Shown here piece by piece: positions 25,093 to 32,000 of a DNA stretch of 32,000 nucleotides. The stretch covers positions 2,370,001-2,402,000 of the forward strand of contig NC_007517.1 in the NCBI RefSeq assembly GCF_000012925.1, written 5' to 3'. Numbering within the stretch: the first letter of the stretch is position 1; each line of letters begins with the position of its first letter. The stretch is from Geobacter metallireducens GS-15. Lineage in GTDB: Bacteria; Desulfobacterota; Desulfuromonadia; Geobacterales; Geobacteraceae. The notes under the pieces are model-generated. The model was not told the origin of the DNA, did no database searches, and saw only the letters and a program-made list of their open reading frames with translations. The translations under genes and the position numbers were made by a program.

Positions 25093-26016
25093 ATGAATCT
25101 ATCAAAATCCCTGATACTGAGCATCTGCCTCACGACCATCGTCTTCATCCACTCGGGAGCCTGGGCCTTCAATTCCAGTTCCTTCAACGGCACGGCCGAC
25201 TTTTACGCCGGAGCCGCTCCGCCGCCGGGACTCCATCTCATCGACTACAACGTCTTCATGGATATCAAGAAGATAGAAAACAAGGGACAGGGACTGGTGG
25301 ACGGCAAAGGGACCCTGACCGCCATAGCCTTCCGCCCCATCTATGTCTCGGAAAAGGGGCTCTTCGGCGGCAACTTCCTCATGCACTCCATCATTCCCCT
25401 CCTGTCGGTGGAGGCCGACGTGAAGGCAAACACGCCCGGCGGGCAGATCACCGTGCAAGGCCATGACGGAGGGCTTGGCGATGTCTATTTCGGGGTGGGG
25501 ATGGCGTGGCACACCCCGGTCTGGCACTGGCTGACGGTACTGGACGTCATCACCCCCACCGGCAGCTTCGATCCGAACAAACCCGTCAATGCCGGCAACA
25601 ACGCCTTCATCATCGAACCGGTTGTGGCCGTTACCGGCATGTTCCCGAACGGCATGGAGGTGAATGCCAAGTTCATGTACTCCTACCACACCAAGAACAG
25701 CGACTATGTGGAAGCCGGAACGGGTATCAAGGGGTATCAGACGGGACAGGCGTTCCACATGGACTACAACGTGAACTATGCCGTGACCAAGGATCTGAAG
25801 CTCGGTGTTACCGGCTGGCTCTGGCAGGGACTGGAGAACGACCGGATCGGCGGGCAGAAACGTGCCGACACCAAGGACTTCGAATTCTCCATGGGGCCGG
25901 CAGCCCGATACCAGAACGGCAAGTTTGCCGTCATCGGCAAGTATGTGCTGCCGGTGGCCGCCGAGAACCGTATCGAAGCCAACCAGCTCTGGATCGATCT
26001 GGTCTATTCATTCTAG
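25093..26016 (+). CDS. Outer-membrane beta-barrel channel, MetA-pathway / phenol-degradation OMP family, copy 2
   Basis: Signal peptide MNLSKSLILSICLTTIVFIHSGAWA. GAAPPPGLHLIDY, IIEPVVAVTG, C-terminal LVYSF. GGAGG (25079-25083) lies 9 nt before ATG 25093, which is preferred over ATG 25069. Confidence 0.7.
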   Translation: MNLSKSLILSICLTTIVFIHSGAWAFNSSSFNGTADFYAGAAPPPGLHLIDYNVFMDIKKIENKGQGLVDGKGTLTAIAFRPIYVSEKGLFGGNFLMHSIIPLLSVEADVKANTPGGQITVQGHDGGLGDVYFGVGMAWHTPVWHWLTVLDVITPTGSFDPNKPVNAGNNAFIIEPVVAVTGMFPNGMEVNAKFMYSYHTKNSDYVEAGTGIKGYQTGQAFHMDYNVNYAVTKDLKLGVTGWLWQGLENDRIGGQKRADTKDFEFSMGPAARYQNGKFAVIGKYVLPVAAENRIEANQLWIDLVYSF

Positions 26017-26056
26017 GGATTTCACAGGGATTGACACTCTTCCGGAGGGTACAACG

Positions 26057-27145
26057 ATGGACGACAAGAAAATACTGATAATCAATCCAGGCTCCACCTC
26101 GACGAAAATCGGTGTCTTTACCGAAGGGAAGATGATCGTCAATCAATCGGTGAAGCATGACGACGAGGAACTGAGGAAGTTCCCCACCATCTGGGACCAG
26201 TATGATTTCCGCCGGGATGCAATCTTCAAGGTGCTCGCGGACAACAACCTCTCCATGGGGGAAATTGACGCCATCGCCTGCCGGGGCGGCAACGTCAGGC
26301 CCCTTCCCGGCGGCATCTACCGGGTCTGCCCGAAGATGATCGAGGACATGAAGAGCGGCATCTATGGCGGCCATCCCATCAATGTGGGGGGGCTGGTGGC
26401 CTTCGACCTGGGGAACCAGTTCAATATCCCGGTCCTCACCGCCGATCCCCCCATGACCGACGAACTCTGCGCCTCGGCCCGGTACAGCGGCATTCCCCAG
26501 ATCACCAGACAGAGCAGTTTCCACGCCCTCAACCAGAAGGCCACTGCCAGGAAGATCGCCGCGGAACTGGGAAAGAAATACGACGAAATCAACCTGATCG
26601 TCGCCCACCTGGGTGGCGGAATTTCGGTGGGCGCCCACCGCAGAGGAAAGATCATCGATGTGAATAACGCCCTTGACGGCGACGGCCCCTTCTCCCCGGA
26701 GAGGGCCGGCTCCCTTCCGGCGGGCGACCTGGTGAAGCTCTGCTTCAGCGGCGAGTACACCAAAAAAGAGGTTCTCAAGCTACTGACCGGAAAGGGAGGA
26801 CTGTTCGCCTATATGGGAACGACCGACGCCGTCGAAATCGAGAAGAGAATCGCCCATGGTGGGCAGAAGGCGGCGGAGGTCTATGAAGCGATGATCTACC
26901 AGGTGGCCAAGGAGATCGGTGCCAGCGCGGCGGTCCTTGAGGGAGATGTTGACGCCATCGCCCTCACCGGCAGCCTGGCCTACTCGAAAAAGCTCGTGGA
27001 AAGCCTGAGCAGGAAGATTTCCTTCATCGCCCCGGTGCTCCTCAATCCGGGCGAAAACGAAATGGAAGCCCTGGCCGACGCGGCCATGAGGTATTTCAAC
27101 AATGAAGAGGCCCTCTCCGTCTACCACCAGGACAAGGCGGCATGA
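26057..27145 (+). CDS. Butyrate-kinase-family (ASKHA) acyl kinase, copy 2
   Basis: MDDKKILIINPGSTSTKIGVF... Same conserved blocks as 2028-3107. Roughly four residues in five look identical by eye. ATG 26057 with GGAGGG upstream. The listed ORF start at 25805 overlaps the porin gene. Confidence 0.85.
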   Translation: MDDKKILIINPGSTSTKIGVFTEGKMIVNQSVKHDDEELRKFPTIWDQYDFRRDAIFKVLADNNLSMGEIDAIACRGGNVRPLPGGIYRVCPKMIEDMKSGIYGGHPINVGGLVAFDLGNQFNIPVLTADPPMTDELCASARYSGIPQITRQSSFHALNQKATARKIAAELGKKYDEINLIVAHLGGGISVGAHRRGKIIDVNNALDGDGPFSPERAGSLPAGDLVKLCFSGEYTKKEVLKLLTGKGGLFAYMGTTDAVEIEKRIAHGGQKAAEVYEAMIYQVAKEIGASAAVLEGDVDAIALTGSLAYSKKLVESLSRKISFIAPVLLNPGENEMEALADAAMRYFNNEEALSVYHQDKAA

Positions 27146-27202
27146 CCAGAAAACTGTCTGAAGAGGATTTAGGCCAATAAACCAATAAAGGAGAGCAAGA
27201 CC

Positions 27203-27970
27203 ATGGGAAAACTTACGGGAAAAGTAGCGATCATCACCGGCGGTGCACAGGGAATCGGCGCGGCCTATGCTGTAGGTCTGGCAAAGGAAGGAGCGAAGAT
27301 CGTCATTGCCGACGTACTGGACGGCGCCAAGGCGGTTGAGGCGGTGAAAGCAGCGGGAAGCGACGCCATCTACGTCAAAACCGACGTGAGCAGCCAGGAG
27401 CAGTGCGACGCCATGGCCCAGGCCGCTGCCGAGAAGTTCGGCTCCGTGGACATCCTCCTCAACAATGCGGCCATCTTCGGCAGCATCGTCCTGAAGCCGT
27501 TCACCGAATGCACCCCCCAGGAGTTCATGAAGGTGATGGAAATCAACGTCCTTGGCCAGTTCAACTGCATGAAGGCGGTATTCCCCCACATGAAGGCCAG
27601 GGGGGGGAAGATCATCAACATCAGCTCCTCCTCCATCATTGAAGGAGTCCCCGGCATGCCCCACTATGTGGCTTCCAAAGGTGCAATCATGGCCCTCACC
27701 CGCTCCATGGCCCGTGAACTGGGTGACTACAAGATCAACGTCAACACCATCGCCCCCGGCTTCACCCATTCCGATGGGGGTAACAGCTTCGACAAGAACA
27801 AGAAGCTGGATCTGCCGCCGCTGGAAGAGCTGCAGATCAATGCCCGCTGTCTGAAAAGGGAAGCGGTGCCCGAGGATCTCATCGGCCTGGCCCTGTTCCT
27901 CTCCTCCGATGACAGCGCCTTCATCACCGGCCAGATGATCGTCCACGACGGCGGATTGTCGTTCCACTAA
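27203..27970 (+). CDS. Classical short-chain dehydrogenase/reductase (candidate 4-hydroxybenzyl-alcohol dehydrogenase)
   Basis: TGGAQGIG (TGxxxGxG), NNAAIFG, S...YVASKGA (YxxxK). The substrate is inferred from context only. Confidence 0.85.
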   Translation: MGKLTGKVAIITGGAQGIGAAYAVGLAKEGAKIVIADVLDGAKAVEAVKAAGSDAIYVKTDVSSQEQCDAMAQAAAEKFGSVDILLNNAAIFGSIVLKPFTECTPQEFMKVMEINVLGQFNCMKAVFPHMKARGGKIINISSSSIIEGVPGMPHYVASKGAIMALTRSMARELGDYKINVNTIAPGFTHSDGGNSFDKNKKLDLPPLEELQINARCLKREAVPEDLIGLALFLSSDDSAFITGQMIVHDGGLSFH

Positions 27971-27985
27971 GGGATGGAGGGTGCC

Positions 27986-28384
27986 ATGAAAGAAGTCCTC
28001 GATATGCTTCCCGCCCCCTGTTACGGCAGCCTGGCAACGGTGGCCGGCGGCAAACCCCGGGTCAGGCCCTTTGCCTTCATGTATGAAGAAAACGGTCGAT
28101 TCTATTTCTGCACGGCCAGCAACAAAGAGGTTTACCGGCAACTGACCGAGACGCCGTTCATCGAATTCACCAGGACCGATGAACAGATGCGCTGGCTGAG
28201 AATCGGCGGCGAGATCACATTCGACGAGGATATCAAGAGCAGGGAGAAATGCTTCGCCAACTATCCCATGCTCAAAGATATCTATCAGACGCCTGACAAC
28301 CCGCTCTTCAAGGTGTTTTACCTGGAGCACGGCGCGGCATCCGTTAACAGTCTGACCGAACCGCCCAAGAACTTTGAATTCTGA
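27986..28384 (+). CDS. Pyridoxamine-5'-phosphate-oxidase-like (FMN-binding split-barrel) small protein
   Basis: About 132 aa. GSLATVAGGKPRVRPFAFMYEENGRFYFCTASNKEVYRQL is typical of this fold family. GGAGG (27976-27980) lies 5 nt before ATG 27986. Confidence 0.6.
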   Translation: MKEVLDMLPAPCYGSLATVAGGKPRVRPFAFMYEENGRFYFCTASNKEVYRQLTETPFIEFTRTDEQMRWLRIGGEITFDEDIKSREKCFANYPMLKDIYQTPDNPLFKVFYLEHGAASVNSLTEPPKNFEF

Positions 28385-28402
28385 CCCCAGAAAGGGATAA
28401 CC

Positions 28403-29845
28403 ATGAAAGAATACAGACTTTTCATCAACGGAGAATGGGTGCCCTCCTCCACGGGCACCATGGCCGACGACATCAATCCGGCCACCGGCGACGTGTATGC
28501 CAAGGTGCACCAGGCGAGCCGTGATGATATCGAACAAGCCATCGCCTCCGCCTATCGCGCCCGGGTAGATTGGGGGAAAACGGTGCCGGCCCAGCGGGAG
28601 GCGATCCTGATCAAGGCCGCCGCCATTCTCGAAGAGCGGATTCCCGAGTTCGCAGAGGTGCTCATCGAGGAAGGTGGCGCCACCTTCGGCAAGGCGATGT
28701 TCGAGTCCTCTTTTGTCGTCACCCTGCTCCGGAGCGCGGCCGGTGAGTGCCGGCGCATCTTCGGCGAGACGATCCCCTCCGACGCCCCGGGCCTCTTTTC
28801 CATGAGCGTCCGCAGGCCCCTGGGAGTCATCGCGGGGATCTCCCCCTTCAACTTCCCGTTCCTGCTGGCCATGAAAAAAGTCGCACTGGCCCTGGCCGCC
28901 GGCAACACCTTCGTCCTCAAGCCTGCCTCGCCGACGCCGGTCATCGGCCTGAAGATCGCCGAACTGTTCGAGGCGGCCGGTCTTCCTAAGGGGGTCCTCA
29001 ACGTCATCCCCGTCAAGGGGAGCACCCTGGGAAATACCCTGGTGGAGGACCCGAGGATCCGGATGGTGACCTTCACCGGTTCCACGGACGTGGGAAAACA
29101 GCTGGCCGAGGTCGCGGGGCGCCACCAGAAGAAGATCACCCTGGAAATGGGCGGGAAAAGCCCCCTCATCGTGCTCAAGGATGCGGATATCGACTATGCG
29201 GTTGACGCCGCCGTGTTCGGCATCTTCCTCCACCAGGGACAGGTCTGCATGGCCAACTCACGGCTCATCGTCGAAGCAGACATCTACGACCGGTTCTGCG
29301 AGAAACTGACGGCAAAAGTCAAAGGGCTCAAGATGGGCGACCCCCACAAGCCCGACACGGTCATCGGCCCCCTCATCGACGCCAAGCAGTGCGCCTTCAT
29401 CGACTCCCAGGTACACGACGCCCTGGCCGACGGGGCGCGGGTTCTCTCGGGAGGAAGGTCGGAAGGTGCGTTCTATCAGCCCACCATCGTGGCCGACGTG
29501 ACCAGGAAGATGCGCATCTTCGACGAGGAGAGTTTCGGCCCGGTCGTCTGCGTCATCAAGGCCGCCAACAGCGAAGAGGCCCTGGCCCTGGCCAACGACT
29601 CCTCCTTCGGCCTCTCCGCCGGCCTGATCACCAACGACCTGCAGAAGGCCTTCGATCTGTCGCTGCGGCTTGAGTCCGGCATGGTCCACATCAATGACAG
29701 CAGCATCTTCGACGAGCCCCATGTCCCCTTCGGCGGCGTGAAAGACAGCGGCGTCGGACGCGAAGGCGGCCACTATTCCATGGAGGAGATGACCGAGGTG
29801 AAGTGGATTACCGTGCAGATGGGCAAACGGCAATTCCCCTTCTAG
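28403..29845 (+). CDS. pcmO: NAD(P)+-dependent aldehyde dehydrogenase (4-hydroxybenzaldehyde dehydrogenase by context)
   Basis: 480 aa. FTGSTDVGKQL, LEMGGKSP (catalytic Glu), QGQVCMANSR (catalytic Cys), EESFGPV. The symbol is from memory. Confidence 0.85.
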   Translation: MKEYRLFINGEWVPSSTGTMADDINPATGDVYAKVHQASRDDIEQAIASAYRARVDWGKTVPAQREAILIKAAAILEERIPEFAEVLIEEGGATFGKAMFESSFVVTLLRSAAGECRRIFGETIPSDAPGLFSMSVRRPLGVIAGISPFNFPFLLAMKKVALALAAGNTFVLKPASPTPVIGLKIAELFEAAGLPKGVLNVIPVKGSTLGNTLVEDPRIRMVTFTGSTDVGKQLAEVAGRHQKKITLEMGGKSPLIVLKDADIDYAVDAAVFGIFLHQGQVCMANSRLIVEADIYDRFCEKLTAKVKGLKMGDPHKPDTVIGPLIDAKQCAFIDSQVHDALADGARVLSGGRSEGAFYQPTIVADVTRKMRIFDEESFGPVVCVIKAANSEEALALANDSSFGLSAGLITNDLQKAFDLSLRLESGMVHINDSSIFDEPHVPFGGVKDSGVGREGGHYSMEEMTEVKWITVQMGKRQFPF

Positions 29846-29874
29846 AAGACTGACGAAACACAACAACGGAGCCA

Positions 29875-29901
29875 GGAGAGAGCGCGGCAACGCGCCTCTC
29901 C
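29875..29901 (+). other. RNA stem-loop with GNRA tetraloop (GGAGAG-A-GCGCG GCAA CGCGC-CTCTCC)
   Basis: 11 bp of pairing with one bulged A, read directly. Starts 30 nt after the aldehyde dehydrogenase stop. No U-tract follows. Confidence 0.4.
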
Positions 29902-29928
29902 GGAAGCTCCTCTTGAGGGAGGCTCATC

Positions 29929-30129
29929 ATGTTTGGATTCGGCATGCCGGAAATCATCATTCTGCTGGTCATCGCGCTCGTGGTCTTCGGACCGGCAAAG
30001 CTTCCCCAACTGGGCTCGGCATTGGGGGGGGCCATCAGAAACTTCCGAAAAGGGACGGAAGAGCCGACGGTTGTAAATCGCCAGAACAAAGAAAATCATG
30101 AAACCGCCGAAAGACACGAAAAAATCTAA
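29929..30129 (+). CDS. tatA: Twin-arginine translocase subunit TatA/E
   Basis: MFGFGMPEIIILLVIALVVFGPAKLPQLGSALGGAIRNFRKG is the canonical TatA TM helix, hinge (FGP) and amphipathic helix. RBS GAGGGAGG upstream. Confidence 0.85.
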   Translation: MFGFGMPEIIILLVIALVVFGPAKLPQLGSALGGAIRNFRKGTEEPTVVNRQNKENHETAERHEKI

Positions 30130-30158
30130 CATAATGCTTTATTTTTCACTATTTCCCG

Positions 30159-30187
30159 TTGACATGACCTCCCCTTGCGGTTATCTT
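30159..30187 (+). promoter_or_regulatory. Sigma-70-type promoter candidate for the MarR gene (TTGACA-17 nt-TATCTT)
   Basis: TTGACA at 30159-30164, a 17-nt spacer, then TATCTT at 30182-30187. The -10 lies inside the 21-bp repeat at 30176-30196. Confidence 0.45.
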
Positions 30188-30196
30188 GTATGCAAG
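30176..30196 (+). promoter_or_regulatory. 21-bp repeat copy A, TGCGGTTATCTTGTATGCAAG (candidate MarR operator)
   Basis: Matches the reverse complement of 30649-30669 at 20 of 21 positions. The core TTGTATGCAA is itself an 8/10 palindrome. Confidence 0.55.
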
Positions 30197-30209
30197 AGGA
30201 TTTATTGAG

Positions 30210-30623
30210 ATGATTTCATATCGGGACCACATAGTATTCTTGATCGCCAAGGCCCATCAACGGGCCCAGGGAGCCCTTAAGGGACACCTTCTCCCCTTTG
30301 GTCTCACCCCCATGCAGTGCCTTTTTCTGGAGGCCCTCATGGAGGAGGATGGGCTTTCGGTGGGAGAGATCGGCCGGCGCATAGCCCTGGATACCGCCAC
30401 CCTTGCGGGAATTCTCGACCGCATGGTCACGGCCGGCTGGGTCAGGCGCGAGACCGACTCCCAGGACGCCCGGGTGGCGCGGGTCTATCTGACGGAGAAG
30501 GCAGCGGCGGCCATTCCGGAGCTGTCAGCAAGCATTGAACGAACAAACGATGAGCTCATGCGGAACTTTTCCCTTGAGGAAAAACTTCTGATGAAACGGT
30601 TCCTTCGGGATTTCCGGGAATAA
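30210..30623 (+). CDS. MarR-family transcriptional regulator
   Basis: LTPMQCLFLEALMEEDGLSVGEIGRRIALDTATLAGILDRMVTAGWVRRETDSQDARVARVYLTEKA is a winged-HTH of MarR type. ATG 30210 with AGAGGA upstream is preferred over the TTG at 30186. Confidence 0.85.
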   Translation: MISYRDHIVFLIAKAHQRAQGALKGHLLPFGLTPMQCLFLEALMEEDGLSVGEIGRRIALDTATLAGILDRMVTAGWVRRETDSQDARVARVYLTEKAAAAIPELSASIERTNDELMRNFSLEEKLLMKRFLRDFRE

Positions 30624-30648
30624 GAATGATTTTCTTTTAACCTAACAC

Positions 30649-30669
30649 CTTGCATACAAGATATCCGCA
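30649..30669 (-). promoter_or_regulatory. 21-bp repeat copy B (minus-strand reading TGCGGATATCTTGTATGCAAG)
   Basis: The plus strand reads CTTGCATACAAGATATCCGCA. Lies 38 nt upstream of ATG 30707 of the Mo-hydroxylase operon. Confidence 0.55.
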
Positions 30670-30706
30670 TAGGGCAAGGACCATCATCAATGTGAGGAGA
30701 TACACC

Positions 30707-31576
30707 ATGTACATGCCCGATTTTGAGTACCATACTCCGGAGACTCTGACCGAGGCCTGCGCGCTCCTGGACGAACTGGGAGAACAGGCCACGGTCCTGG
30801 CCGGGGGAACCGATGTCCTCCACAAGATGAAGGTGGGTAAACTGGCGCCGGGGCATCTGGTATCGCTCAAAAACCTGGACGACCTTCGCACCATCAGCCA
30901 CGAGCCGGGGCGCGGCATCGTCATGGGAGCCCTGACCAGCCACAATGCCATCTACACCTCGCGTCTGCTCCAGAAACGCTACCTGTCCCTCCCCATGGCG
31001 GCCCACACCATGGCCTCCAACCAGATCTGCAACATGGGAACCGTGGGCGGTAACATCGTCAACGGCGTCCCTTCCGCCGACCTCCCTCCGATCCTCATTG
31101 CCCTCAACGCCTCGATACGGCTGGTTTCCAGCAAAGGGGAGCGAACCATGCCCCTGGAAGACTTCTTCCATGGCTCGGCCGAGACGGTGATCGCTCCGGG
31201 CGAGTTGCTGGCCGACATCACCATCCCGGACCAGCCGACCACCGGGAGCACCTACATGAAATTCGGCCTGCGCCGCTCCGGTGCTCTAGCGGTTGTTGGG
31301 GTAGCGGTGTCGGTTACGGTGAAAGGTGACATCCTGGAAGACGTCCGGATCGTTCTCGCTTCGGCGGCGCCAACGGTAATGCGCGCTCGGAAGGCAGAGG
31401 ACCGGCTGAGGGGGAAAAAGATCAGCGACGAATTGCTGGCCGAAGCCGGGGAGGAGGCAGCGGCGGAAAGCCGTCCCCGGGACAGCATCCGGGGTTCCGC
31501 CGAATATCGCCGGAACTTGGTCGGAGTGCTCACCAAACGGGCGCTGCGCAAAGCAATCGACGAAGGCCACTCGTAA
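30707..31576 (+). CDS. FAD-binding (medium, CoxM/HcrB-like) subunit of a molybdenum hydroxylase; 4-hydroxybenzoyl-CoA reductase-like by context
   Basis: 289 aa. FEYHTPETLTEACALLDELGEQATVLAGGTDVL and NMGTVGGNIVNGVPSADLPP are the FAD-binding blocks of xanthine-oxidase-family medium subunits. RBS GAGGAG 7 nt upstream. Confidence 0.8.
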   Translation: MYMPDFEYHTPETLTEACALLDELGEQATVLAGGTDVLHKMKVGKLAPGHLVSLKNLDDLRTISHEPGRGIVMGALTSHNAIYTSRLLQKRYLSLPMAAHTMASNQICNMGTVGGNIVNGVPSADLPPILIALNASIRLVSSKGERTMPLEDFFHGSAETVIAPGELLADITIPDQPTTGSTYMKFGLRRSGALAVVGVAVSVTVKGDILEDVRIVLASAAPTVMRARKAEDRLRGKKISDELLAEAGEEAAAESRPRDSIRGSAEYRRNLVGVLTKRALRKAIDEGHS

Positions 31577-31588
31577 GGAGGTAAATAT

Positions 31589-32000
31589 ATGTTGCAGTCA
31601 ATAACCGACAAAGACGGAGTGAAGCGTTACCTGATCACCCTGAAGGTGAATGGGGATGCGAAGACCGTGCTGGTAAAGGGAAACGCCATCCTGACCAATG
31701 TGCTGCGCGACCACCTGGACCTGACCGGCACCAAGAAGGGGTGCGAGCTGGGGGACTGCGGTTCGTGCACCGTTCTGCTGGACGGCAAACCGGTGGATTC
31801 GTGCCTGATGCTGGCCGTTGAGGCAGACGGCCGGGAGATCACCACCATCGAAGGGGTTGCCGCCAACGGGGCACTGGACGCCATTCAGGAGTCCATGATC
31901 AACCACGCCGCCGTGCAGTGCGGCTACTGCACCCCTGGCATGGTCCTCTCCGCCAAGGCACTTCTGACCCGCAACCCGCATCCCACGGAACCGGAGGTTC
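31589..32000 (+). CDS. [2Fe-2S] (small, CoxS/HcrC-like) subunit of the molybdenum hydroxylase, 3' end outside the window
   Basis: My own translation from ATG 31589 (AAGGAGG 7 nt upstream): MLQSITDKDGVKRYLITLKVNGDAKTV...GCELGDCGSCTVLLDGKPVDSC...QCGYCTPGMV. Both 2Fe-2S Cys motifs are present. The frame stays open to base 32000. Confidence 0.85.
   Translation, partial: MLQSITDKDGVKRYLITLKVNGDAKTVLVKGNAILTNVLRDHLDLTGTKKGCELGDCGSCTVLLDGKPVDSCLMLAVEADGREITTIEGVAANGALDAIQESMINHAAVQCGYCTPGMVLSAKALLTRNPHPTEPEV

Noticed and set aside
25805-26056. N-terminal extension of the listed ORF 25805-27145, overlapping the 3' end of the porin gene.
   Set aside because: The kinase homology, including the N-terminal phosphate loop, begins at MDDKKILIINPGSTSTK (ATG 26057), which has its own RBS. 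The extension is Ser/Arg/Pro-rich and has no counterpart in the paralogue at 2028.
1-32000. Scan for mobile elements, CRISPR arrays, tRNA/rRNA genes and known defence-system genes.
   Set aside because: No transposase, integrase or recombinase motifs. No direct-repeat/spacer array. No tRNA-like cloverleaf candidates in the few non-coding gaps. All large ORFs are accounted for by catabolic, respiratory or regulatory families.

Overview
High-GC, densely coding DNA that looks like a Geobacter-type deltaproteobacterial aromatic-catabolism island. I found no rRNA, tRNA, CRISPR array, transposase or integrase. All family calls come from motif reading of the supplied translations, not from a database search.

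The window has three blocks:

(i) 1-7868, + strand. An accessory operon encodes a UPF0261/Tm-1-like ATP-binding protein, a CBS pair, UbiX, a butyrate-kinase-family kinase, a phenol-type outer-membrane channel and an HD hydrolase. It is followed by a PAS/sigma-54 activator and a second UPF0261 paralogue behind a -24/-12 promoter.

(ii) 8160-14467, - strand. A tightly packed five-gene operon: two paralogous XylR/DmpR-type sigma-54 activators flank a PAS-PAS-PP2C (SpoIIE-type) phosphatase, followed by a PNPOx-like protein and a HAD hydrolase.

(iii) 14966-32000, + strand. A -24/-12 promoter is followed by about 15 kb of closely spaced genes:
- an unknown polytopic membrane protein and a GltD-like FeS flavoprotein
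- a split cytochrome b6/subunit-IV + Rieske + tetrahaem cytochrome c complex
- p-cresol methylhydroxylase: a monohaem cytochrome c, a small Tat-signal protein and two tandem flavoprotein paralogues
- a second porin + kinase pair, an SDR, a PNPOx-like protein, an aldehyde dehydrogenase and TatA
- a MarR gene bracketed by a 21-bp inverted repeat
- the start of a Mo-hydroxylase resembling 4-hydroxybenzoyl-CoA reductase

Gene content and order match my memory of the p-cresol (pcm) cluster of Geobacter metallireducens. That identification needs a search to confirm.

The most interesting unexplained parts are:
- the activator-phosphatase-activator operon
- the duplicated porin+kinase module
- the membrane protein plus GltD-like pair upstream of the bc-type complex
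- the apparently inactive second flavoprotein subunit
- the Tat-signal escort candidate
- the MarR repeat pair
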